Source of the DNA: Tortispora ganteri | Lineage: Eukaryota | Reading direction: 5' to 3' | Length of the DNA stretch: 64,000 nucleotides | NCBI GenBank assembly: GCA_003707115.1 | Contig: PPNB01000016.1 | Coordinates: 124,001 to 188,000, forward strand | Shown here: one piece after another, positions 11,278 through 20,439 of the stretch | How the letters are laid out: every line of letters starts with the position of its first letter | Numbering within the stretch: the first letter of the stretch is position 1 | Notes under the pieces: model-generated | Database searches by the model: none | The model's input: only the letters and a program-made list of their open reading frames with translations | Told to the model about the DNA's origin: nothing | Position numbers and translations under genes: made by a program

Positions 11278-11642
11278 AAAATAACGCGATCTTTATGCTG
11301 TTGTGTATCCTTTTATGGCAGCTCTTCTTGTTCTCTTGCGTACAACAAACTATTGCTTTATTTGGCTCTGCAAGACAAATTCTTTGGTAAATGAAGAAAC
11401 GATGGTAGGTGGACCGGGAAATTTTCACGTCGGGTACCACAGAAAAAAAGGTTCAGGGTTGTTTGTGACCAAGCCGCACGATTGATAATGTTAGTGTGCA
11501 CCAAGGCCTTAGTGAAATTTGTACTTGTATAGTCATATTTCAGATTCTCGATCTCTAATTGCGGCACTACAGTCGCTATAAATTTATTTTTTTTAGTTTA
11601 CGTTATTTACGCTAGTTTACGTTATATATTAGTATATATATA

Positions 11643-13097
11643 ATGTCTTTTATTGATTACGGTGTGTATCTGGTGACTGATTCCGGTCTGTTACCGCCCG
11701 GTCGGTCTCTTCTTCAGCAAGTAGAGTCAGCCTTGGAAGGTGGTGTGACTTTAGTCCAATTGCGCGAAAAATCCGGTGACACGGGTGAAATTATGCAATT
11801 GGCGCTTAAAGTAAAAGAGTTGACCGACAAATTCAATGTGCCTTTGATTATCGACGACAGAGTGGACATTGCGTTGGCGATCGATGCTGCGGGCGTACAT
11901 GTGGGGCAGACCGACATGGACGTGCCTACTGTGCGAAAGCTAGTTGGACCCAACAAAATTGTCGGTGTGAGCTGTCACACAGTCGAACAGTCTCTTAAGG
12001 CGATTGCTGAGTCTGCAGACTATCTTGGTTGTGGACCCATATACCCCACAAAGACCAAATCGATGGAGCGGCCTCCCTTAGCGATCGATGGACTGAAAGA
12101 GATAGTTGCTGCAGTTTCCGAATCGCCACGACCCATTCCTATAGTTGCAATCGGTGGTATAAAGGTGTCTAATGTCGACGAGGTCCTTAAGGCTGCTCCT
12201 ATTGTCGGTGTTGCTGTCGTGACAGGGATCATCTCCGACCCAGATGCCAAAAAGGCGGCGAGTGGATTCCTGACAAAGGTTCAGACTAACGGCAAGGGTC
12301 GATGGTGCAAAGGTTCATTTGAAAGCGAGAAGCGATACTGTAAGTATCTTTTTGAGGAACAAAAAACTCCTTTAGTACACCAAATTGTCAACAAGGTTGT
12401 ACCAAACTTTGCCGCCAACGTTACACTCGCTTTGAAGGGCAGCCCTATTATGAGTGAGTGTCCTGGTGACTTCAAGGCACTTGCATCAGTTCCTTTTAGT
12501 GCACTTTTTCTAAATCTTGGTAACGCAACGGAACAAGGTTACGAAATTATGCTTGAAGCAGGCAAGGCGTACAACGAAGTCAATCGACCAATCGTGTTTG
12601 ACCCCATTGGAGCTGGAGCGAGCCCAATTCGCAGAGACATTTGTATCCGTCTGTTGAATAATTTACGCTTGGATGTCATAAAAGGCAATGAAAGCGAAAT
12701 TCTGACTCTTGCAGGATACGACACTGTTTCGCGTGGTGTGGATTCAGCGAGCGCTGCTAGCGATACCATCAAGGTTGAAGCTGCGCAGTCTTTAGCGCAG
12801 AAACAGGGCTGTGTCGTAGTTCTCTCGGGCAAAACTGACATTATAACTAATGGTACGGACGTTTACTACAACTACTTCGGGTCGCCTTATTTAGGTCAAG
12901 TTACCGGAAGCGGATGTTGTTTAGGTACAACAATTACGCGATTCTTAACTGCGGACAAGCTTAGCACTTTCCATGCAACTGTGGCAGCTGTTTGGTACTA
13001 CACACGTTCCTCTGAGCTTGTAGAGAATGTAAAAGGACCAGGCACGTTTGTACCGGCGTTCATTGACAGTTTAGCAACTGGATCAGCGCTGAATTGA
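11643..13097 (+). CDS. THI6: Bifunctional thiamine-phosphate synthase / hydroxyethylthiazole kinase
   Basis: N-terminal ThiE domain (VYLVTD..GGVTLVQLREK..IIDDRVD..GVHVGQTD..PTKTK..VAIGGI) fused to a ThiM domain (PLVHQIVN..ANVTLA..SPIMS..FDPIG..IKGNESEI..VTGSGCCLG). Confidence 0.96.
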   Translation: MSFIDYGVYLVTDSGLLPPGRSLLQQVESALEGGVTLVQLREKSGDTGEIMQLALKVKELTDKFNVPLIIDDRVDIALAIDAAGVHVGQTDMDVPTVRKLVGPNKIVGVSCHTVEQSLKAIAESADYLGCGPIYPTKTKSMERPPLAIDGLKEIVAAVSESPRPIPIVAIGGIKVSNVDEVLKAAPIVGVAVVTGIISDPDAKKAASGFLTKVQTNGKGRWCKGSFESEKRYCKYLFEEQKTPLVHQIVNKVVPNFAANVTLALKGSPIMSECPGDFKALASVPFSALFLNLGNATEQGYEIMLEAGKAYNEVNRPIVFDPIGAGASPIRRDICIRLLNNLRLDVIKGNESEILTLAGYDTVSRGVDSASAASDTIKVEAAQSLAQKQGCVVVLSGKTDIITNGTDVYYNYFGSPYLGQVTGSGCCLGTTITRFLTADKLSTFHATVAAVWYYTRSSELVENVKGPGTFVPAFIDSLATGSALN

Positions 13098-13204
13098 TCA
13101 TTTGACGTCTCAGATAGTTATCTGCCCAAGCATGCATATATTCTCTACATTGACGCTACCCTAAGCAGTACTAATCATACATAGACAATAGTATATTTAT
13201 TATT

Positions 13205-14017
13205 ATGTGTTCACATACTATAGGGAAGTTAAAAGGCTGTGATTCCACTGGGGCTCTACATTGCATTCGTCGATCGCGGCAGTGTAGTCCTGATTCAAGG
13301 TGTGGAGTACTCTTAACAACCAAAGTTGACATTAGAGGTTCTGAAAGCAAATTTATTGGCTGGTTGAATGAATTGTTCAATAGATCAAGTGAATCTAAGA
13401 AGACTTTGATTCATGGTGATTTAATTGCAAGTTCAAATGTCACCTCTAACGTCATTAGCGACACACATACTGATAATAATACGAGGCCTTCATATCCGAT
13501 CATTTCCAATGAGTTCAAAAGCAGGCCACATTCTTGTAACTCCTTAATAAGTTTACCAAGTGTTGGCTATATCTCAGAGTATAGTGTTTCGGTTTCTCGA
13601 TCCAGTACTTGCAGAACACGAACTACAGAACTCACTATTTTGCCTTCAATTCCTGAGGAAATTAGCGACTCAAGTAATAATAGTGATGCAAATTCAAATG
13701 AGAACTCACTGAGCCACAATAGCATCACTATGGATTTCAGTTCGACTCCTAAGTCTTCTATATCACATAATGTTGATTGGTTTAGCGTCTATCTTGATAC
13801 AGCATTCGCAGAGAAGCCACAGAGTCCACTCGAGAATAGCTGCTCTATAGATTCATCCGAATATCAGCTGTCTGTGACATCTCAGCAGGAACTAATCGAC
13901 TTCTCGTCTGATATCGTGCATAGCGCCATTCTACAAGAAATTCGCATACCAAAGAAATCAAGGCTGTTCAATTGGTTGAATACTAGGAAGCACAGACAAC
14001 CTATATATTGCGATTAA
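13205..14017 (+). CDS. Orphan protein: Cys/His-rich N-terminus followed by a Ser-rich low-complexity region
   Basis: 270-aa ATG ORF filling the THI6-NOC3 gap; no family recognised. Confidence 0.6.
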   Translation: MCSHTIGKLKGCDSTGALHCIRRSRQCSPDSRCGVLLTTKVDIRGSESKFIGWLNELFNRSSESKKTLIHGDLIASSNVTSNVISDTHTDNNTRPSYPIISNEFKSRPHSCNSLISLPSVGYISEYSVSVSRSSTCRTRTTELTILPSIPEEISDSSNNSDANSNENSLSHNSITMDFSSTPKSSISHNVDWFSVYLDTAFAEKPQSPLENSCSIDSSEYQLSVTSQQELIDFSSDIVHSAILQEIRIPKKSRLFNWLNTRKHRQPIYCD

Positions 14018-14198
14018 CGGTATCTACATAACGCATACTACAAATCATTCGTTAAAGTAATTATATTATATGTTACGGTTTATTTCATTTTATATACTAT
14101 AGCCTAGCCATTTCATATATAGCTGAAAGGCCCAATTTCCGCTAAAGTTTAGAGAAAGCCAAATTTGCTTTTTTTTAAGTAGGACTCACCGATCGATA

Positions 14199-16193
14199 AT
14201 GACAAAAAAAAGAAAACAGAATACTGCTAAAAGCAGTGAAAAGAAACAAAAAATTAATGATGAATCTTTAAATACTTCTTTCTCACGATTGAAAGCGTTA
14301 CAAGATCAAGATATAGAAGAATGGAATGTCGAGCAAGACTATGAAAAAGTTCCTCGAGTGAATCCTGATTTCCAATCGAAAAACAAGCATGAAAGGCTTC
14401 CAGTGATTCATAATGGCGTCATAACGCAGGTAGAAGATGAATATGTACCTGAATCAGCAGAAGAATCAGATGGATCAGAGGAAATAGATAACTCAGATGA
14501 TACAAAAGAGACATCTTCGTCTCAACCCGCTGTCCTGTCCGATCGCGATCATACTTTGCCCAGAAAACTCAGGGTACAAATGGCTAAAAAGAAACTATCT
14601 CAAATGGCCTCTGATGTACTTTCTGATCCAGAAAGTAACTACACTTCTTTGAAAGTGTTCAGAGAATACATGAACTATGATGATCCAACTATTGTCGCTC
14701 TGGCTATTGCTACACAGAGCGTAGTATATAAAGATATCATACCTGCATACCGAATAAGGCCTTTAACAGAGGTTGAAAAAACTGCAAAAGTGTCTAAAGA
14801 AGTCACGCGTACAAGGAATTACGAGCAGTCAATAGCACACAACTTTACCGCCTACACTGACGCAATATTGCACATGGTCAAAGGTCACTCTAAGACCCCG
14901 CTCCCTTTGAATGTTTATGAAGCTTGCGCTCGAGCAATAAACATGCTGCTTACATCTTGTGCACACTTTAACTCTAGGGAGAATCTACTGAAATCTGCTG
15001 TCATCATTCTCGGAAGGCAACCCGGATCCAGCGTGCACGCCAACTGCGTGGAAGCCGTCAAACAGGTATTTGCAAATGATCAGGACGGGTCAGCGAGTTT
15101 GGATGTTGTTAGACTTATAGAGAAAATGCTCAGACGAAGACAGTTTAAAGGTTATAATGAACTCTTGGATTTATTTTTGTATCTGCGTCTTTTGAACGAG
15201 TTCACTGCCCGTGCATCTGCCACCACAATCGCCACAGAGTCCGAACAGACGAAACCAAAACTCAAGAAAAAGGACAGAGTGCACCTGTCGAAGAATGAAC
15301 GAAAAAAACGAAAGGAAGCTAAGAAGGTTGAAGAAGAGTTTGCCAAAGCCGAATCACAAGTGTCTGCCGATGTGCGTTTCCGCAACCAAGGCGAGACACT
15401 CAAGCTCGTATTTAGTATATATTTCAACATCTTGAAAGATTCTCAAAACAAGCTTATTGGATCGGCCCTTGAAGGACTAGCCCGATTTGCACATCTCGTC
15501 GAAAGCGGGCTGTTCAGCGATCTCTTGGTGGTTATTCGTGAGCTTATTGAAACCCGAATGGCCGAGTACCGCAGTGAAGTTGCCGACGAGCAATCTATAG
15601 AGACACCAAATATTATCAGGCAGATATTGTTGTGCATTGTTACTGCACAGTCCCTGTTAGAAGGTCAGAAATGGGAGTCTAACAATTTGGATTTATCATA
15701 TTTCATTAATACGCTTCATGCCATTACATACGACGTCGCTTTGGACGCCGATCTCGAGTTATCATCAAAAACGATGCATCTGGAAGATCCGCTAGAGTGC
15801 ACTCAGCATCGTCACAGAATTGGTTATAACCGAAAGATTGAGGCAGATTTATATTTTCGCGCGCTTGAGCTCATGATCTTCACTAGACGTACACAATCGC
15901 GGCATCGCATCGCTGCGATCGTTAAAAGATTGGCGGTCGCTAGTGTCAACATGCCAGAGAAGTCGAGCGCCCGGGCTGCTCGATTAATAAACCGCATCTT
16001 GAATAAGCATAGCGGCCTCGAACATATGCTATCGACTGACGACCAGATCACAAACGGAATATACCGCTTGGAAGTGGATGACATGGATAAGTGTCTTTCC
16101 GATAACGCTATGCTTTATGAGAAGTTTCTGCTGAAAGATCATTATTCGAGGGACGTTCAGAGAGCAAGTGAGTTCAAAATTACCGGGCAATAA
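14199..16193 (+). CDS. NOC3: Nucleolar complex-associated protein 3 (60S biogenesis)
   Basis: VYKDIIPAYRIRPLTEVEK..KVSKEV..HFNSRENL..KKDRVHLSKNERK..ETLKLVFSIYFNILK..LEGLARFAHL (CBF/Mak21-type domain). Confidence 0.93.
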   Translation: MTKKRKQNTAKSSEKKQKINDESLNTSFSRLKALQDQDIEEWNVEQDYEKVPRVNPDFQSKNKHERLPVIHNGVITQVEDEYVPESAEESDGSEEIDNSDDTKETSSSQPAVLSDRDHTLPRKLRVQMAKKKLSQMASDVLSDPESNYTSLKVFREYMNYDDPTIVALAIATQSVVYKDIIPAYRIRPLTEVEKTAKVSKEVTRTRNYEQSIAHNFTAYTDAILHMVKGHSKTPLPLNVYEACARAINMLLTSCAHFNSRENLLKSAVIILGRQPGSSVHANCVEAVKQVFANDQDGSASLDVVRLIEKMLRRRQFKGYNELLDLFLYLRLLNEFTARASATTIATESEQTKPKLKKKDRVHLSKNERKKRKEAKKVEEEFAKAESQVSADVRFRNQGETLKLVFSIYFNILKDSQNKLIGSALEGLARFAHLVESGLFSDLLVVIRELIETRMAEYRSEVADEQSIETPNIIRQILLCIVTAQSLLEGQKWESNNLDLSYFINTLHAITYDVALDADLELSSKTMHLEDPLECTQHRHRIGYNRKIEADLYFRALELMIFTRRTQSRHRIAAIVKRLAVASVNMPEKSSARAARLINRILNKHSGLEHMLSTDDQITNGIYRLEVDDMDKCLSDNAMLYEKFLLKDHYSRDVQRASEFKITGQ

Positions 16194-16269
16194 CCAGGAA
16201 CAGAATAATTTTTTATGAGCATTAGTAACAGTTTACATATCTTTCAATTGAAATCGACACCACGTTAGC

Positions 16270-17238
16270 TCATTTATTTACAGGACGATACTCAACCCAA
16301 GGTCGAATAAAAGTAGCCTTGCCCCGAATAAGTTGATCATCAGTCATCTGGTCTAATAGGTACAACTGAGTACGGACATAGCGAGTCATTACAGCAAGGT
16401 GGCGAACCTCGACGTCCGGCTTGCCCAAGAACATATTCCGCCATAGCGACTGAGCCATGACAGCATCACCAAAAATAAGACCTTCATCGTATGCTAACAT
16501 ACCCCCACGCAATTGAAGCGCGAAATCCTTTTGGTATCTGGTAATGCGGGAAGAAGACTTGATCTTAAGATCACTGTATATACGTTGCTCGATATCATCA
16601 TTAAAAATGTCAACAAGAGCCTGTTGGTAAAGTTTAGCCAGATCGGGGTTAAGTGCTCGCATGCGAACATATATCATCCATATATGTAAGGAAGTAATTT
16701 GCATCCACTGCTGGAAAGTCATAGGGAGACCCAGTGACTTGTAGTAAAACTGCGCAGTTTCTGAGAGTTTTTCTGATCTAAGGAATTCACCCTGGGCTGC
16801 ACATAGTTCGTAATACTTAACACCTGTAGGAGCCGCTTTTATCTCTGTCATTCGCATGCCCAAGCTTCTGGCCATGAACTGAGCCGCAGTTTTCATCCAT
16901 TCCGGATAATTAGAAGATTTCGATAATGGAGCAGGAGGTTCCATTTTTGGAGCCTCGTCCAACATCATTTCGCTCAATTCTGAACTTTTAGACAATTCTG
17001 CAGACATTTTATTCTGTTCTTTCGGTTCCGAATGAACTTCAGTTTCCTTATTGGCTTCTGGCGTCGGTTTAATTGAATCGGACGAATAGAACTGCCGACC
17101 GATCTTCCTGTAACGCAATCGCACCGACGCATAGACGCGGCCAGACAGGTTAGCGCGAATGCTATTTGAATATATTCCACCAAGCAACTGGGGCTTGCAT
17201 GCAATCGCCGCAGATCGGCAAACGTTCTTGGATAGCAT
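16270..17238 (-). CDS. CBP3: Mitochondrial cytochrome b translation/assembly chaperone Cbp3
   Basis: Basic N-terminal presequence; LGLPMTFQQWMQITSLHIWMIYVRMR..QLRGGMLAYDEGL..DAVMAQSLWRNMF. Confidence 0.93.
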   Translation of the reverse strand: MLSKNVCRSAAIACKPQLLGGIYSNSIRANLSGRVYASVRLRYRKIGRQFYSSDSIKPTPEANKETEVHSEPKEQNKMSAELSKSSELSEMMLDEAPKMEPPAPLSKSSNYPEWMKTAAQFMARSLGMRMTEIKAAPTGVKYYELCAAQGEFLRSEKLSETAQFYYKSLGLPMTFQQWMQITSLHIWMIYVRMRALNPDLAKLYQQALVDIFNDDIEQRIYSDLKIKSSSRITRYQKDFALQLRGGMLAYDEGLIFGDAVMAQSLWRNMFLGKPDVEVRHLAVMTRYVRTQLYLLDQMTDDQLIRGKATFIRPWVEYRPVNK

Positions 17239-17400
17239 TTTTGCACTGTTTTCTTTCCTTTTTTTCTGTGGGGTGGAAAGTGGGAAGTGGTGGTGAAGGA
17301 AGCCCTCTGATTGGGTGAGCGTCTTGGCTTATAAGTACTCAATTGCACTTCGGCTTGGTTTTTTGTCAACAGCATTTCGGAGGCCCACCAATAGAGAGCG

Positions 17401-18243
17401 ATGCTCCAAAAACTGCTTGCGGTAAAGAATTCATGGGCATTTATCGAGTATGACTTAGACGGAAAACGACGGTTGCTAACAGAAGTGAAGCGAACTATTG
17501 ATGGTGCATCGCTGTCAGAGGATAACACTTGCAACTTGCTCGAATTGTACTTCTATGTTGCGATTCACAGCCATTCGTTGAACGAAGCAAAATATGCTGT
17601 AGATAGACTTACTGACATGCTGACGGCTGATTCGGCCCGTTTAGCAATACTGAAATCGATATATGCTGAACAGACACAAGGCTCTCAAGCTGCGGCAGAC
17701 GAGCTTCGAAAATGCACATTCACAACGCCAGAACTACTCAAACGGCACGTCGCAATTATTAAGGCTACAGGCGACAAATTAGCATTAATAAACTCATTAA
17801 TAGAGCTGCTGGACACTATACCGGCAGACCCTGAGGTGTGGAGCGAACTCGGTGAAACATATTATCAACTAGGGCTATATCAGCAGAGCGTCTATTGTTT
17901 CGACGAAGTGTTATTGTCACAGCCACTCGCATATAACATATACGCGCGCACAGGAGAGGTGTTGTTGAGTCATATGAGGTCAAGCATTAATTCCAAGCAG
18001 AAAGAGACCTTGCTGACGGAAGCTATAAAAAGGTTCTCCAGATCGGTAGAGCTGTCAAATGACTATATTAGAGGACTATGCGGCTTGCTGATTGCAACAA
18101 AGGAGCTACTGTCGATTAAGTCGACCTCCAAAATGGTATCTAGACTCCATAACTATACCAAACTTAATATAGAGAGAGTGATAGCTGATTCAGAAGGACC
18201 AGACACCGAAGCGGCTAAATTGGTGATTGCCTCATACAGCTAA
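17401..18243 (+). CDS. EMC2: ER membrane protein complex subunit 2 (TPR)
   Basis: TPR-like helices; LLDTIPADPEVWSELGETY..YCFDEVLLSQPLAYNIYARTGE..FSRSVELSNDYIRGLCGL. Confidence 0.88.
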   Translation: MLQKLLAVKNSWAFIEYDLDGKRRLLTEVKRTIDGASLSEDNTCNLLELYFYVAIHSHSLNEAKYAVDRLTDMLTADSARLAILKSIYAEQTQGSQAAADELRKCTFTTPELLKRHVAIIKATGDKLALINSLIELLDTIPADPEVWSELGETYYQLGLYQQSVYCFDEVLLSQPLAYNIYARTGEVLLSHMRSSINSKQKETLLTEAIKRFSRSVELSNDYIRGLCGLLIATKELLSIKSTSKMVSRLHNYTKLNIERVIADSEGPDTEAAKLVIASYS

Positions 18244-18282
18244 AGCTATGAAACATAGCACCTACCGCCGACCATAAGAATT

Positions 18283-19056
18283 TTAACCAATTACAAGCTT
18301 TTCAACTTCGTGAGTCATGACTTTCATGCACGATGAGACCCAATTTACATCGCGCAGCTTTGCCCCCAGATCTTCAATTAAAGGGTCAATGCGTCGCACC
18401 ACGTCCTTATAAGGTGCTTCTTTTAAAATGTAATCTTTAACCAGGACAGTCTTGCCGTTATCGTTAAACTCGACAAAGACTCTGACATCTTTAATGCGAA
18501 ATAAGACATCATCCACTCTTAAGTGAAATCTGCACAAAATTAGTAGCCGTTCCTGCATGATTCGGATCTTGACGTTCAAAACAGCAGTGCCATTATCACC
18601 TAATTCATCTTCAAACAGATCTAGTTCATCAAAAAACAGTATCGGATCCGGTTTCATTAATTTATCGACTGGTATCGCGTCTTCGCCACCTTCTTCGAAC
18701 TGCATTGAACTAGGAACCGTCCACGTGCCCCGATACTCAGGAGTATAAGTCCAGTCATACGGCTTCGCAATCTCTGTATCTGTGTCCTGTCGTGTGCGCG
18801 CCCAATCATCCGCATATGCTACTTTCAGCAAACCCGAAGCGCCCGTGCTGTCGACTTTCCTTAATGCATCACAACAATTGAATGCAATCCTCACTCCGCT
18901 GTTATGTTCCAAGACCAGTTCGTTATTTCCGAAAATCATTTCCGGTACAGGGAACCCCAGTTCCGATTCGAGTTTTTCTATTTCTCCGGATGAGAGAATA
19001 GGTGCATTCTTGCTAGTCACTTTCCATCCTTTATGTTCGAACTCTCGAACCTGCAT
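18283..19056 (-). CDS. TIP41: TAP42-interacting protein / PP2A regulator Tip41
   Basis: PVPEMIFGNN..KPYDWTYTPEYRG..PDPILFFDELDLFEDELGDNG..LRVDDVLFRIKD. First in-frame ATG is at 19056 (the track start at 19125 is a GTG); start uncertain. Confidence 0.93.
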   Translation of the reverse strand: MQVREFEHKGWKVTSKNAPILSSGEIEKLESELGFPVPEMIFGNNELVLEHNSGVRIAFNCCDALRKVDSTGASGLLKVAYADDWARTRQDTDTEIAKPYDWTYTPEYRGTWTVPSSMQFEEGGEDAIPVDKLMKPDPILFFDELDLFEDELGDNGTAVLNVKIRIMQERLLILCRFHLRVDDVLFRIKDVRVFVEFNDNGKTVLVKDYILKEAPYKDVVRRIDPLIEDLGAKLRDVNWVSSCMKVMTHEVEKLVIG

Positions 19057-19571
19057 GTCTCTGCACAAAGTGGTCTTTGACAAGTCAAGGTGTCTTTTAT
19101 ACACCCATGAGGTGACTTCCGACACCCACCATCTAGGCTTGGGTCATCAATTTAACAGTATTTTACTATTTAATAAATTACTATGATTGCTATTAAAATA
19201 AAAATCACTCATCTTGCTTGATCAATAGCTGCCCTTCTTAATTCATGCAAAGAAAAAACCGTTGTAACTGCAAATTTAAACTTTTTGATTCATTATTGAG
19301 AGACCCTTACGCGCTTTGACTCTATGTATGGGCTGATCCTTCGCCATCCTTTTCGCTAAAACACAAAATTCGTATAATACGTGTAAATCCAGATCTCTTT
19401 TACTGATTATAGAACAATAAGCGCTCACATAATTATCTCGCTAGAAGAAAAATTACCTTTCACTATTCCTATTCGTCCCAGATCGAGAATCATACATCTC
19501 CTGATCTCATATCTCCCCAACATATAGCCCCCTGGACTCGATCTCATTTTGAACACTCTACCATCCTAACA

Positions 19572-20255
19572 ATGTCTATCTACACCAGACGCCCGATATT
19601 TCTTACACTAACTGCAGTATGCATACTTGGTATATTGTTTTTCCTTGAAGCCTCGAAGCCAACGATTAGAAATCCCGCTGCAGATTCCATAGTGATCGCA
19701 GGAGATAGAGAGACTTTGGTCTCCGATCACTCTATAATCGAGGGAAAACCTATAATGCCACACCTCGGTAACGAGACAATAAAGGCTGAACTCGGACGTG
19801 CGTCCTGGAAGCTATTCCACACCATTCTCGCCCGATACCCTGAGAAACCAACACCAGAAGAGCGCCAGACACTCTCAGACTACATCTACCTATTTTCACG
19901 AGTATACCCGTGTGGAGAGTGCGCAGGACATTTCCAAAAACTACTTGAAAAATTCCCTCCACAAACTTCTTCACAGGCTGCCGCGGCTCAATGGGGCTGT
20001 TTTGTACATAATCAGGTTAACGAGCGTCTAGGAAAAGATCTTTTCAACTGCGATGAAGTCGCAGAACTCTACAAGTGCGGATGCGACGAAACAGAAGCTG
20101 AAGAGGATCTCGAAGACGACTCCAACTTATCAAGAAACCTTCAATCGTCAAGTATGAAGGCGGGTATTAATGAACACCACTCAGAAGTGTCCGGTAACGA
20201 TCATCTTAAAGATATCGTATTCGATTCAGCTGAAGAACACGTACGTGGAGGCTAA
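19572..20255 (+). CDS. ERV2: ER FAD-linked sulfhydryl oxidase Erv2
   Basis: N-terminal signal/TM anchor, ELGRASWKLFHT, YPCGEC redox motif, CFVHNQVNERLGK..FNC, and a C-terminal CGC shuttle motif. Confidence 0.95.
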   Translation: MSIYTRRPIFLTLTAVCILGILFFLEASKPTIRNPAADSIVIAGDRETLVSDHSIIEGKPIMPHLGNETIKAELGRASWKLFHTILARYPEKPTPEERQTLSDYIYLFSRVYPCGECAGHFQKLLEKFPPQTSSQAAAAQWGCFVHNQVNERLGKDLFNCDEVAELYKCGCDETEAEEDLEDDSNLSRNLQSSSMKAGINEHHSEVSGNDHLKDIVFDSAEEHVRGG

Positions 20256-20439
20256 TATTATTGTCTATTATGGAAAAAAAGCAATATTTAAAAAAGAAAA
20301 GTTCAATTTCCGAATAAGAAAGATTCCCGGAATACACTCCTCCTTACACTGTACGCTACATTAAATCACCTTTTTATATTAATAACATACAACATTAATC
20401 TTTTAGAATCTGACACCAATACTAAAAGAAACTCTATAC

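Noticed and set aside
11171..11642. Possible TPP riboswitch upstream of THI6 (CTGATCCAGG at ~11228)
   Set aside because: The CTGAGA and TAAT..CCAGCG elements are missing and there is no hosting intron.
14018..14198. RRPE/PAC ribosome-biogenesis motifs upstream of NOC3 (also checked for MDN1)
   Set aside because: No canonical TGAAAAWTTT or GCGATGAG match was seen, only loose A/T tracts.
16974..17534. 186-aa minus-strand ORF spanning the CBP3/EMC2 gap
   Set aside because: Non-ATG start, overlaps two real genes in other frames, no motif.
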